Positions 9,852 to 19,148 of a stretch of 54,760 nt of DNA are shown here, one piece after another. The stretch covers positions 1 to 54,760 of the forward strand of contig JBBRLJ010000035.1 of assembly GCA_038231435.1 (NCBI GenBank), given 5' to 3'. Source of the DNA: Planctomycetota bacterium. GTDB lineage: Bacteria > Planctomycetota > UBA11346. The position numbers and the translations under genes were made by a program. Position 1 is the first letter of the stretch. Each line of letters starts with the position of its first letter. Under the pieces are notes generated by a model. It was not told the DNA's origin and ran no database searches. It saw nothing but the letters and a program-made list of their open reading frames with translations.

Positions 9852-10745
9852 CTAACCGACGACGTAGATGGTGATGAACAGCAGCACCCAGACGATGTCC
9901 ACGAAGTGCCAGTACCACGAGGCGGCGACGGCGGCGAAGTGGCGCTTGCCTCGGAAATGGCCGACCTCAAGACGCAACAGCACCATGAACAACATCACCA
10001 GCCCGATCGAGACGTGCAGGCCGTGGAAGCCGGTGCCAGTGTAGAAGATCGCCGCGAACGACGCCGAGCTGCCCTCGGGGATCGAAACCGGGGTGAATCC
10101 GCGCTGCAGCAGTTCGCCCCATTCGTAGCCCTGGAAGCCGAGGAAGGCAATGCCGAGCAGGATGGTGAAGACGAAGAACAGCTTCGCGAGGCCGATCTTG
10201 GCCTGCGTCAAGGCGTGGTGCGCGAACTCGCAGGTGACCGACGAGAACAGCAGGATGAACGTCGCATACGCGACGGTCGGCCCGCCGAAGTGGAAATCGG
10301 GGCTGTGGATCGGCCCGAAGCCCTCGTCCATGACGCGGCGGTGGTAGAAGAAGCCGAAGATCGCGCTGAAGGCGGTGAACTCACCGCACAGGAACAGCAG
10401 CACGAACATCTGCAGATCCTTCTGCTGTCCGATCAGGTTGTGGCTGATGCGCTTCTCGCGGATGATCTGGTTGCACCACCCCATCAGGCAATACACGAAC
10501 ACCAGCCCGCCGACCGCGATCAGGATCTTGCCGACCAGCGGGTTGGCGAGATTCACCGGGCCCACGCCCCAATGCGAACCCTTCATCGCGCCCAGCACCG
10601 ATAGCACACCGAACGGCACCAGCGTCAGGCCGCCCGTGACCAGCAGCGGCCACAGGCTGCCTGGCGGCACGTGGCTCATCGGATCCTCGTGTCCCTCGGC
10701 ATGCGCGGGGCTCGGGTGCGCGGGGATTGCGGAGTGGTCGCTCAT
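9852..10745 (-). CDS. coxC: Cytochrome c oxidase subunit III (long form)
   Basis: SLWP N-terminal motif, FLGFQGYEW, TGFHGLHV, WYWHFVDIVW. Confidence 0.95.
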   Translation of the reverse strand: MSDHSAIPAHPSPAHAEGHEDPMSHVPPGSLWPLLVTGGLTLVPFGVLSVLGAMKGSHWGVGPVNLANPLVGKILIAVGGLVFVYCLMGWCNQIIREKRISHNLIGQQKDLQMFVLLFLCGEFTAFSAIFGFFYHRRVMDEGFGPIHSPDFHFGGPTVAYATFILLFSSVTCEFAHHALTQAKIGLAKLFFVFTILLGIAFLGFQGYEWGELLQRGFTPVSIPEGSSASFAAIFYTGTGFHGLHVSIGLVMLFMVLLRLEVGHFRGKRHFAAVAASWYWHFVDIVWVLLFITIYVVG

Positions 10746-11005
10746 CGGGGTCCTCGTTCGGCGTTCGCGGCGGCATCAGGCGCGGCGGGTGGAGCGGCAG
10801 GCGCGGCCTGCTGCTGATCGGCTCGCTCAGCCTGCTGCTGGGCCTGCAGGCGCTTCCATTCGTCGGGATCCTTGGGGAAGCCGTTGCGCTTGAAAAGGAT
10901 GATGAAGGACACCATCAGCACAAGGCTGAGCAGGCCGAGCAGTGAGCCCAGCACCGCGTTGCGGCGCCGCTGCTCGGGCGTGAAGGGGCTGGCGGAGGCG
11001 TTCAC
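10742..11005 (-). CDS. Small single-TM membrane protein, CoxF-like
   Basis: EQRRRN followed by one TM helix; overlaps both neighbours by 4 nt (translational coupling). Confidence 0.65.
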   Translation of the reverse strand: MNASASPFTPEQRRRNAVLGSLLGLLSLVLMVSFIILFKRNGFPKDPDEWKRLQAQQQAERADQQQAAPAAPPAAPDAAANAERGPR

Positions 11006-11727
11006 GGAGCCTTGTCCTCGCTCGTCGGCGCCGGGGTCGCCGGCGAAGCCGGCGTGGCCGGGGATTCAGGATCCGGTTCGGGAGCCGGCGGCTTGCGCGG
11101 CGAGACCACGGCCCCCTTCTCTCCCACCACCGTCTCGATGCGCTTGGTGAGCTCCGCATCCGCTTCGCCATCCACCTTCTGAAACAGCGTGTAGCAGATC
11201 GAGACGGTCTTGACGCGCTCATCGAGGCTGGGCGCGAAGGCGAATACCACCGGGTATTCCTTGGTCTCGCCAGGTTGCATGACCTGGTCGTTGAAGCAGA
11301 AGCACACCTTCATCCCGAACTGGGTCGAGGCCACCAGCGGACTCACGTAATGCACCGGGCGGAAGCGCACCACGTGGTCGGACAGGTTGTGGAAATGATA
11401 GAGGTTGCGGTTGTCGACGCCGACTTCGATCTCCTCGCTGGTCTTGTCGGCCCAGAAGCGCACCGGCAGCGAATCGCAGACCGTGGCCTCGAAGTATACC
11501 TTGATGCGCCGACCGGTGTGCTCCGACGGCGCCGCGGCGACGTCGGCATTGTTCGGCCGCTGCTGCGTGCCGGATACCTTGCACCAGAACTGGTACATCT
11601 GCGGCAGCACGAACATGCCGATCAGCAGCATCGCGATGGGCACCAGGATGAGCACGATGAGCAGGCCGGAACCGGACGTGACCGGGGGCTGGGCCGAGGG
11701 CTGGATTGCATCTTCCGAAGCGTTCAT
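11002..11727 (-). CDS. ctaG: Cytochrome c oxidase copper chaperone CtaG/Cox11
   Basis: N-terminal TM, YQFWCKVSG Cys, KVCFCF copper-binding motif, YTLF. Confidence 0.85.
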   Translation of the reverse strand: MNASEDAIQPSAQPPVTSGSGLLIVLILVPIAMLLIGMFVLPQMYQFWCKVSGTQQRPNNADVAAAPSEHTGRRIKVYFEATVCDSLPVRFWADKTSEEIEVGVDNRNLYHFHNLSDHVVRFRPVHYVSPLVASTQFGMKVCFCFNDQVMQPGETKEYPVVFAFAPSLDERVKTVSICYTLFQKVDGEADAELTKRIETVVGEKGAVVSPRKPPAPEPDPESPATPASPATPAPTSEDKAP

Positions 11728-11764
11728 GGGCAGGCCTCCGCCGAATTCGTGCGTGCGTGGATGG

Positions 11765-12760
11765 TCATCGGTGGCTCTGGAAGGCGTCCACCACCATGCC
11801 CACGAACAGCGCGGCGATGTAGACGATCGAGAAGCGGAACAGGGGCATGGTCGGCATCACCGGCCGACGCTTCCATAGTACGATCGTCCAGACGATGAAC
11901 ACCGCGCCCAGCACCACCGCGAGGGTGGTGTATACCGGACTGCGGGCGAAGGCCGGGCCGAACGCGCCGACCATCGATGGCATGGCGAGCGTGACCGCGA
12001 CCAGCACCAGGGTGTAGATGACGATCTGGCGCGTGGTCTCGTCGACGCCCTTGACCACCGGCAACATCGGGATCCCGGCGCGCGCGTAGTCGTCCTTGAG
12101 CTTGATCGCCAAGGCCCAGACGTGCGGAGGGGTCCACAGGAAGATCAGCGCGAACATCGCCAACGGCGCGGCGGCCAGAGTGTCGGTCATCGCCGCCCAG
12201 GCGATCAGCGGACCCATCGCGCCGGGGACGCCGCCGATGACGATGTTCAGGTAATGGCGCGGCTTGAGCCACAGGGTGTAGAAGAAGCTATAATAGGCGA
12301 CGGTGCCCGCCGACAGGCACGCAGCGAGCCAGCTGTGGTAGCAGCCGATCAACAGCAGTTGGGCGGCCACGAACTGCACGATCGCGAATACCGCGGCCTG
12401 CGCCGGCGAGATGCGACCGGCCGGTAGCGGACGACGCGATTTGGTGCGGTTCATGACCGCATCCTTGCCGCACTCGAAGAGCTGGTTGAGCGTGTTCGCG
12501 GCCCCGCCGGTAAGGAACAGCGCCGCCAGGCACGGCGTGATGTACAGCCAATCGGTGGCGTGATCGCCCTGCACCGCAATCGCCGCGTAGCCGGTGAACA
12601 GCGCCACCAGGGTGATGCGGTACTTGGTCAGCACCAGCAGGTCGCGGAGCACGCGGCCGACGCGCACTAGGGGGTGCGCTCGTCGCTCCGCGACGATATT
12701 GGTGGATTCGGTCCACGCGGTCGAGTCCGAGGGCATGCGAACCGGGGAGTCGACGCTCAT
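11765..12760 (-). CDS. ctaB: Protoheme IX farnesyltransferase (heme O synthase)
   Basis: LTKYRI, D..M.RT..RPLPAGRI, NIVIGG, FLWTPPH, DDYARAGIPMLPV. Confidence 0.95.
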   Translation of the reverse strand: MSVDSPVRMPSDSTAWTESTNIVAERRAHPLVRVGRVLRDLLVLTKYRITLVALFTGYAAIAVQGDHATDWLYITPCLAALFLTGGAANTLNQLFECGKDAVMNRTKSRRPLPAGRISPAQAAVFAIVQFVAAQLLLIGCYHSWLAACLSAGTVAYYSFFYTLWLKPRHYLNIVIGGVPGAMGPLIAWAAMTDTLAAAPLAMFALIFLWTPPHVWALAIKLKDDYARAGIPMLPVVKGVDETTRQIVIYTLVLVAVTLAMPSMVGAFGPAFARSPVYTTLAVVLGAVFIVWTIVLWKRRPVMPTMPLFRFSIVYIAALFVGMVVDAFQSHR

Positions 12761-13935
12761 GCCGCTCCTCCCACCGCGCTGGTACGCGCGGAAACGCTGG
12801 GCAGAGCGGAGGAAGCGGCCACGGCCGGCCCCCTGTCATGGCGCGCGTCGTAGGCCGCGAGCACCAAACTGCAGAACAGGCACATGCCCATCAGCTGGTG
12901 CGCGAGCGGCAGGGCGCCGATTGCGGACGACCCGGCGAGCATCACGTCGGCGATGCCCAGGACGATCTGGATGACGACGAACGTCGCCGATACCTGCAGC
13001 GCGAGCTTGAGCCGCGGGCCGATCGCCGAGCGCGACGCGACGACGTAGGTCGACACCAGGATCGCCACCAGGGCGAGCGCGAACCAGCGATGGGCCCACT
13101 GGTGCAGCCAGGCGTTGTCCAAGAGGTTCCACGACAGCGGACGCTGTGATTCCCACAGCGGCGGAAAATAGCTGCCATTCATCATGGTCGGGAACTCGCT
13201 CACGAATGCGGCATTGAATTTGCTACCAGCCACCAGCGCGCCGACCACCAGCTGCAGCCAGGCCGCGCAGGCCGCGCAGGCGGCCAGGCGCGCGAAGCGC
13301 GGGCGGGCGGGCTGTATGGAGGTTTCCGCAGAAAGCGGCTCGAGCAGACGCAGGAGCGACCACAGCACGCAGGCCATGATCAGCCCGGCGTTGCCCTGAT
13401 GCAGGAACAGCCAATGGGTGTTGGTCCCCTGGTCGACCAGGAATCCGCCGAGCGCCGCCTGGGCGATCACCAGCGCGCCTGCGAGCGACATCGGCAGGCC
13501 CACCCGTCGGCGCAGCGCTGTGTCGCGCAACACCACGGTGAGGGCTCCGGCGAGTGCGAGACCAGCGAGCGCCGCCATCAGCCGGTGACCGTACTCGGTG
13601 AGGAACATGCGGCGGAAATCGCCCAGATCGGCGGGAGCGCGACCGAGGTTGGCCTCGCTCAACTGCCCCGCGCGCACGCGCTCGCGCAAGCGGTCCTGGT
13701 GGTGCTCCCAGTCGGCGCGCACGGCCAGCCAGCCTTGATCATCGATCGGCGGCAGCAGGCTGCCGTTGATCAGCGGCCACTGCGGGATCGCGATCCCCGA
13801 GCCGCTGATCCGCACCCAACCGCCGAGCGTGTTCAGGGTCAGCAGCATCACGAACAGCACGCCCAACCACGACGCCACCGAGGCGTGGTTCGACGCTCCG
13901 GTGGTTGCGGCAGAGGATGTGGTGGATGTCGACAT
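12757..13935 (-). CDS. ctaA: Heme A synthase (Cox15-like, Cys-less type 2)
   Basis: GG.VRISGSG..I..W, EYGHR, LHQ, WAHR and AHQ His ligands; long first loop without a Cys pair. Confidence 0.85.
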   Translation of the reverse strand: MSTSTTSSAATTGASNHASVASWLGVLFVMLLTLNTLGGWVRISGSGIAIPQWPLINGSLLPPIDDQGWLAVRADWEHHQDRLRERVRAGQLSEANLGRAPADLGDFRRMFLTEYGHRLMAALAGLALAGALTVVLRDTALRRRVGLPMSLAGALVIAQAALGGFLVDQGTNTHWLFLHQGNAGLIMACVLWSLLRLLEPLSAETSIQPARPRFARLAACAACAAWLQLVVGALVAGSKFNAAFVSEFPTMMNGSYFPPLWESQRPLSWNLLDNAWLHQWAHRWFALALVAILVSTYVVASRSAIGPRLKLALQVSATFVVIQIVLGIADVMLAGSSAIGALPLAHQLMGMCLFCSLVLAAYDARHDRGPAVAASSALPSVSARTSAVGGAA

Positions 13936-14042
13936 GGGTGGTCGGGGGATCGCTCTATCGTAGATGCGCCGCGGACCCTGGGGCCGCGGCGAGTGGGAGA
14001 CGGAGTGCGGCGCGTGGCCCGGCCGCGATCAGGCGGCCAGGA

Positions 14043-15764
14043 TCACGGATTCTCGCCGCGATGGGCGATCTGCTCGACGATCGGGATGGGCGGAACGTGC
14101 GCGAAATTGTAGACCGGCGGCGGGCAGCTGGTCGCCCACTCGAAGCTGTGCTGGATGTCGTTGATGCCCCACGGGTCGTCGACGGTGATCTTCGGACGAC
14201 GGTAGCTCAGGAACAGGTCGACGAAGAAGATGCACGCCGACAGGAACGTCATCAGGTAGCCGACGGTGGTGAGCAGGTTCGAGAAGCGGTAGTCGGCATA
14301 GTAGACCGGCACGCGCCGCGGCATGCCCGCATAGCCGCTGATGTGCATGGCCAGGAACGCCACGAACACGCCGAGGAACATCAGCCAGAACACCCAGCTG
14401 CCGGCTTTCTCGCTGAGGAAGTGCCCACTCATCTTCGGCCACCAGTAGTAGGCCTGGGCGAAGAGCAGCATCACCGAGCCGCCAACCAGGACCATGTGGA
14501 AGTGGCCGACCACGAAGTAGGAATTGTTGAGCGAGATGTCGGTCGGCACCATCGCCAGGATCAGGCCGCCGAAGCCGCCGATCACGAACAGGCAGATGAA
14601 GCCGCAGGCGAACTTCATCGCGGTGGTGAAGCGGATCGTCCCCCCCCACATGGTCGCCAGCCAATTGAAGACCTTGATGCCGGTGGGCACGCCGATCAGC
14701 AAGGACACGTACATGAAGTACGCCTGCAGGATAGTGGGCATGCCGACGGTGAACATGTGGTGGGCCCACACCATGAAGCCGAGGACGGTGATGGCGCCGA
14801 GGGCGTAGACCATGCTGATGTAGCCGAACAGGCGTTTGCGCGAGAACGCCGCGAAGACATGGCTGATCGCGCCGAAGCCCGGCAGGATCATGATGTACAC
14901 GGCGGGATGGCTGTAGGTCCAGAAGATGTGTTGGTAGAGAACCGGGTCGCCGCCCTTCTCGAACACCGTGAAGGTGGTGCCGAAGTTGCGGTCCATCAGG
15001 ATCATGGTCACCGCCGCAGCGAGCACCGGGGTGGCGAGCAGCTGGATGATCGACACGAAGATGGTCGCCCAGGCGAAGATGGGCAGGCGACTCCAGGTCA
15101 TTCCCGGGGCGCGCAAGTTGGTGACGGTGACGATGAAGTTGATGGCCGCGAGGATCGAGCTGACGCCGGCGAGATGGACGCCGAACACCCACATGTCCTG
15201 GCCAGGCGTGATGTGCATGCCGTCGAGCGATAGCGGCGGATATGCCGTCCAGCCCGAGGCTGCGGCGCCACCCTGCACGAAGAAGCTCGAGAGCATGAGG
15301 ATGGAGGCGGGAATCAGCAGCCAGAACCCGAACGCGTTCATCTTGGGGAACGCCATGTCGCGTGCGCCGATCATCAGCGGCACGACGTAGTTCATGAAGG
15401 CGATGAAGCCGGGAATGATGGTGAAGAAGATCATGACGGTGGCATGCATCGTCACGAACTGGTTGTAGAGCAGGCGGTTCTCGCTGAACCAGTTGTAGGG
15501 GACGTCGGTGCCGTTGAGGTGCGCAGCGGTAACGGCTTCCCAGACCGCGCCCGGGGTCGCGAGCTGGATGCGGATCGCGCCGGCCATCGCCCCGCCGATC
15601 ATGCCCATGATGACCACGAACCAGAAGTACAGCAGGCCGATCTTCTTGTGATCGACGGTGGTCAGCCAATCCATGACGCCCGTGTAGTGCTTGATCTCGA
15701 GCTCGGGCGCCAGCGTGACCGGCGCTCCGTAGTGCGCGGCGTTCTGCGCGATCGTGTCTGCCAT
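14043..15764 (-). CDS. coxA: Cytochrome c oxidase subunit I, type A2
   Basis: DHKKIG, TMHA, DMAFP (D channel), GWTAYPP, FWTYSHPAVY (YS motif), WAHHM, PTGIK (K channel), HFH, GMPRR. Confidence 0.97.
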   Translation of the reverse strand: MADTIAQNAAHYGAPVTLAPELEIKHYTGVMDWLTTVDHKKIGLLYFWFVVIMGMIGGAMAGAIRIQLATPGAVWEAVTAAHLNGTDVPYNWFSENRLLYNQFVTMHATVMIFFTIIPGFIAFMNYVVPLMIGARDMAFPKMNAFGFWLLIPASILMLSSFFVQGGAAASGWTAYPPLSLDGMHITPGQDMWVFGVHLAGVSSILAAINFIVTVTNLRAPGMTWSRLPIFAWATIFVSIIQLLATPVLAAAVTMILMDRNFGTTFTVFEKGGDPVLYQHIFWTYSHPAVYIMILPGFGAISHVFAAFSRKRLFGYISMVYALGAITVLGFMVWAHHMFTVGMPTILQAYFMYVSLLIGVPTGIKVFNWLATMWGGTIRFTTAMKFACGFICLFVIGGFGGLILAMVPTDISLNNSYFVVGHFHMVLVGGSVMLLFAQAYYWWPKMSGHFLSEKAGSWVFWLMFLGVFVAFLAMHISGYAGMPRRVPVYYADYRFSNLLTTVGYLMTFLSACIFFVDLFLSYRRPKITVDDPWGINDIQHSFEWATSCPPPVYNFAHVPPIPIVEQIAHRGENP

Positions 15765-15791
15765 GGGTCTGTCCTCGTCCTTTTCGACCAA

Positions 15792-16961
15792 TTAGCGGGC
15801 TGAGTCGGCCGCCGGAGCGGCCTCGACGGCGAGCGGCGCGGCGGGCGCCGCAACGCTGGACACCAGGGTCTCGATTCGCGCGCGCTGCTGGGATTCGCGC
15901 AGCTTCAGGTCATCCAGGGTCGCCTTGTCCTGCGGCCGGCGGTGCAGTGCGTCGAAGTTGGCCGCGACCCAGTAGCGCAGGGCGAACTTGCGACCCTCGC
16001 TGGTATCCTTCTCGAAATATTTCGCTACCGCCTCCTGGAGCTTGGGCTGGTCGATCTCGACGCCGGGCCCAGGGCGCAGAATGTTCCAGATGCGATCGGT
16101 ATCGGCGCGGTGGCGCTGCAGCAGCCGGTAGACGCGGAAATCCTCGGCGTCGACCACCACCGAGCTGATGAACATGATGCCGTGGCCATCGCCGCAGAGT
16201 TCGGCGCACTGGCCCTTGAAGATGCCGAGCATCGTCGGCGTGAACCAGGTGTTGGTGAAACGGCCCTTGATGGCGCTCTTCTTGACACCGAAGGCGGGGA
16301 CCCACCAGGCGTGGTTGACATCGTTCGAGGTGATGTTCAGCGACACCACGCGGTCCTTGACGATCACCATCGGCTCCTGCCCGCCAGCCGCATCGAGGTG
16401 CACGGTCATGCCTTCGGCTTTATATTCGTACTCCCACGAATACGGCCCGCGCATGCCCGTCACCTTGATGATGGTCGCCTGGTCAGGGTTGTTGGTGTCG
16501 ACGTGCGTGGGCGGCAGCTCCATCTTGTAGAGCAGCTTCCACACCGGCACGCTGACGATCACCAGCGCCAAGCACGGGATCACCGTCCACAGCACTTCGA
16601 GCTTGTGGTTGGTCATGAACGTGGCCGGCTTGCGCCCGTCGCCGCGATCGCGGAACTTGAAGATGACGATCACCAGCAGCACCTGCGGCAGGATCAGGAA
16701 CGGCAGGTACACCAGCAGATTGAAGGTGTTGTTGGAGGCCACGTCCTGGGCGATGTCGCTCGCCGGAGTCGAGAACGCGTTGCGCATCGGCACCACCGGG
16801 GTGCCGTCAGCGTTGAGCTTGAAGATGTCTGGATTGAACTCGTGGACGTAGGCCTCGATCTGCTCGGGCTTGACCGCCGTTTCGTCGGCCGAACGCGCGC
16901 TCGGCGCGAAGGCGACCAGCGCCATCGGCAGGGTGAGCAGCAGGATGAGCAGACGGACCAT
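15792..16961 (-). CDS. coxB: Cytochrome c oxidase subunit II (CuA) with non-heme C-terminal extension
   Basis: LEVLWTVIP, DVNHAWW, CAELCGDGHGIM CuA ligands; no CxxCH in the C-terminal about 118 aa. Confidence 0.95.
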   Translation of the reverse strand: MVRLLILLLTLPMALVAFAPSARSADETAVKPEQIEAYVHEFNPDIFKLNADGTPVVPMRNAFSTPASDIAQDVASNNTFNLLVYLPFLILPQVLLVIVIFKFRDRGDGRKPATFMTNHKLEVLWTVIPCLALVIVSVPVWKLLYKMELPPTHVDTNNPDQATIIKVTGMRGPYSWEYEYKAEGMTVHLDAAGGQEPMVIVKDRVVSLNITSNDVNHAWWVPAFGVKKSAIKGRFTNTWFTPTMLGIFKGQCAELCGDGHGIMFISSVVVDAEDFRVYRLLQRHRADTDRIWNILRPGPGVEIDQPKLQEAVAKYFEKDTSEGRKFALRYWVAANFDALHRRPQDKATLDDLKLRESQQRARIETLVSSVAAPAAPLAVEAAPAADSAR

Positions 16962-17932
16962 CAGCGACTCCCCTCGGCGGCGGCGGCCTTGCGCAGATGC
17001 GCGAACAATGCGGACAGGCGATCGGCCGGCATCACGGAGAACTCGGCAGAATTCACGGCCGGCGCATCGGCCGCCGTCAACACGGCGAGGAAACGATCCT
17101 GGTCGCCAGCTCGCGCGGCCTCACGGAGCACCAGCGAGAGCCTCTGACGATGCTCGACCATCGCCTCGAGACGTTTCAGATCCGGGGCGACGGCTGGATC
17201 GGCATCGCGGTCCGCGGCGGCGAGCCACGCGCGTGCGCCGTGCTCCTGCTCCGTGGCCTGATCGGCGGTGATCTGCAGCAGCGGATTGAGCATGGCCGGA
17301 GCCGGCTGCTCGTTCGGCGGATACTTGGGGCCGCCGCTGCCCGCCTCACCGGCTTTGGGGATGGTCGGGATCACCGCTTCGAGATCGTTCTCGAGGTAGC
17401 AGTTCGCGTTGTCGACCTTCACCCAGGACTCGCGAACGAAGTGCACCACGGCGTAGCGGTCGGCCGGGGACAGGCCGGGAAACGCGGGCATGCCGCCATA
17501 ACCCTTGCTGAGCACGACGTAGAGCGCGTAGGGCCCGCCGCCGAGCGGGTTCTTGAACTCGTCCTTGTGGAAGTTGCGCGGCGGATTCGCGCTGTTCCCC
17601 GAGGTGTTGGTATCGCCATGCGGCCCGTGGCAGCTGACGCAGTTCTTGGCATAGATCATCTGGCCGCGTTCGATGACCTCGGGGGTTCGGTCGGCGATGA
17701 GCTTGGCGTGGTCAGGCTCGACCTCGCCCTTGGCGCCGACTTCCAGCGCGACGTTGGGCTCGCCGCGGGCGGTGATGCGGCCCGAGCCCATGAAGTGGAA
17801 GAACAGCCAGACCAGGAACGCCGAGATCGCCAGCAGGCCGATCGTCCAGATGATGGGATGCGTGAAGTCGACCGGCTCGGGGGCGTGGTCGTCCGCTCCA
17901 TGGGTACCGGGGGATGCGTGGGAGTCGCTCAT
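16961..17932 (-). CDS. Membrane-anchored monoheme cytochrome c with C-terminal helical domain
   Basis: One N-terminal TM, CVSCH, PPRNF, GGMPAF distal Met; ATG 17932 lies just after the actF stop. Confidence 0.85.
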   Translation of the reverse strand: MSDSHASPGTHGADDHAPEPVDFTHPIIWTIGLLAISAFLVWLFFHFMGSGRITARGEPNVALEVGAKGEVEPDHAKLIADRTPEVIERGQMIYAKNCVSCHGPHGDTNTSGNSANPPRNFHKDEFKNPLGGGPYALYVVLSKGYGGMPAFPGLSPADRYAVVHFVRESWVKVDNANCYLENDLEAVIPTIPKAGEAGSGGPKYPPNEQPAPAMLNPLLQITADQATEQEHGARAWLAAADRDADPAVAPDLKRLEAMVEHRQRLSLVLREAARAGDQDRFLAVLTAADAPAVNSAEFSVMPADRLSALFAHLRKAAAAEGSR

Positions 17933-17933
17933 G

Positions 17934-19148
17934 TCAGTGCATGTGCTCCGCATTGATGGACGACAGCAGGCGCGGATCGCCCTGGGGGATCAGTCCGTGC
18001 TTGCGCCAGAAGCGCAGCGCGAGCAGCAGGAAACCGCCCACGAAGCCGGCTCCGACAAACAATTCGGGCAGCGCCCAGAAACCATGGAAGCGGTTCGGGG
18101 ACAGCGCCGGCATGACGATCCACCACAGGTCGATCCAGCTGCCGAGCAGCACCAGCGCGCCGACGATCGAGAGCACGCGCAGGTCGGATCGCACCTTGTA
18201 GCTCATCAGGGCCAGGAACGGCAACGGGAAGCGCAGCAGGATCTCGAGGACGTAGCACGGCCCGTAGCCATGCTGCATGCGCATCAGGTACCAGTACGAC
18301 TCCTCGTTCATGTTGGCGTAGTAGATGATCACGTACTGGCAGTAGGCGATGTAAGCCCAGATGCACGACCACGCCACCATCCAGGTGCCGATGTCGTGGA
18401 CGATGTGCGGACGGATGATGTCCTTCATCGGCCCCCGCGCGAGCCAGGCCACGACCACGCACAGCACCGCCAGGAAGGTCTGCACCGCGCCGACGAAGCA
18501 GTACAGGCCCCAGGCCGCCGACACGAAGTGGACCTGGAGCGAGAGCAGCAGATCCCAGACGAACAGCGTGAAGGTCAACGCGAACACCAGCAGGAAGATC
18601 ACGCTCCAACGCACATGCCCGACGGTGACGTCGAGGCGCTGGTCCTGCTTCAGGCTCATGCGCTTGAAGGTCGACGAGAACCACCACCAGATCGCGAGGA
18701 TCACGCCGGAGGTCGCGATCACGCGCTGGCTGGTCATCCAGTGATCCTTGCCGCCGTCATGGGCGTGGAACAGCTCGGAGCGGCGCGAGGCGGCGTTCGC
18801 CCACTCGTAGAGGTGCGGCAGGCCGAACAGCGCGAGGGCCACGAAGGCGCCGAATGCCAGCGGGATGCCGCCGCTGAGGCCCTCGAGCACGCGGCGGATG
18901 GGCACCGTCCAGTGCGCGTTGCCGACCGAGTGGATGCTGATGAAGAACATCGCGCCGACGCTGATCCAGATCGGGATCATCATGCCCTGCAGCAAGGCGC
19001 CCCACGCGCGATTGCCGTCGATCATGAGCTGCACCACGAAGGCGAGCACGCCCAACGCGACCAGTCCCAGCGACAACGAGACCAGGCGCGGAGCGCGCAG
19101 CGGACCCGGGCTGTCGAGGCGATCCAGATGCGGTTGATTGACGCTCAC
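17934..19148 (-). CDS. actF: Alternative complex III membrane subunit ActF
   Basis: About 10 TMs, W..PIRRVLE, LYEW, HDIG, WAYIAYCQY.IIYYAN..EE; position in the act operon. Confidence 0.88.
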   Translation of the reverse strand: MSVNQPHLDRLDSPGPLRAPRLVSLSLGLVALGVLAFVVQLMIDGNRAWGALLQGMMIPIWISVGAMFFISIHSVGNAHWTVPIRRVLEGLSGGIPLAFGAFVALALFGLPHLYEWANAASRRSELFHAHDGGKDHWMTSQRVIATSGVILAIWWWFSSTFKRMSLKQDQRLDVTVGHVRWSVIFLLVFALTFTLFVWDLLLSLQVHFVSAAWGLYCFVGAVQTFLAVLCVVVAWLARGPMKDIIRPHIVHDIGTWMVAWSCIWAYIAYCQYVIIYYANMNEESYWYLMRMQHGYGPCYVLEILLRFPLPFLALMSYKVRSDLRVLSIVGALVLLGSWIDLWWIVMPALSPNRFHGFWALPELFVGAGFVGGFLLLALRFWRKHGLIPQGDPRLLSSINAEHMH

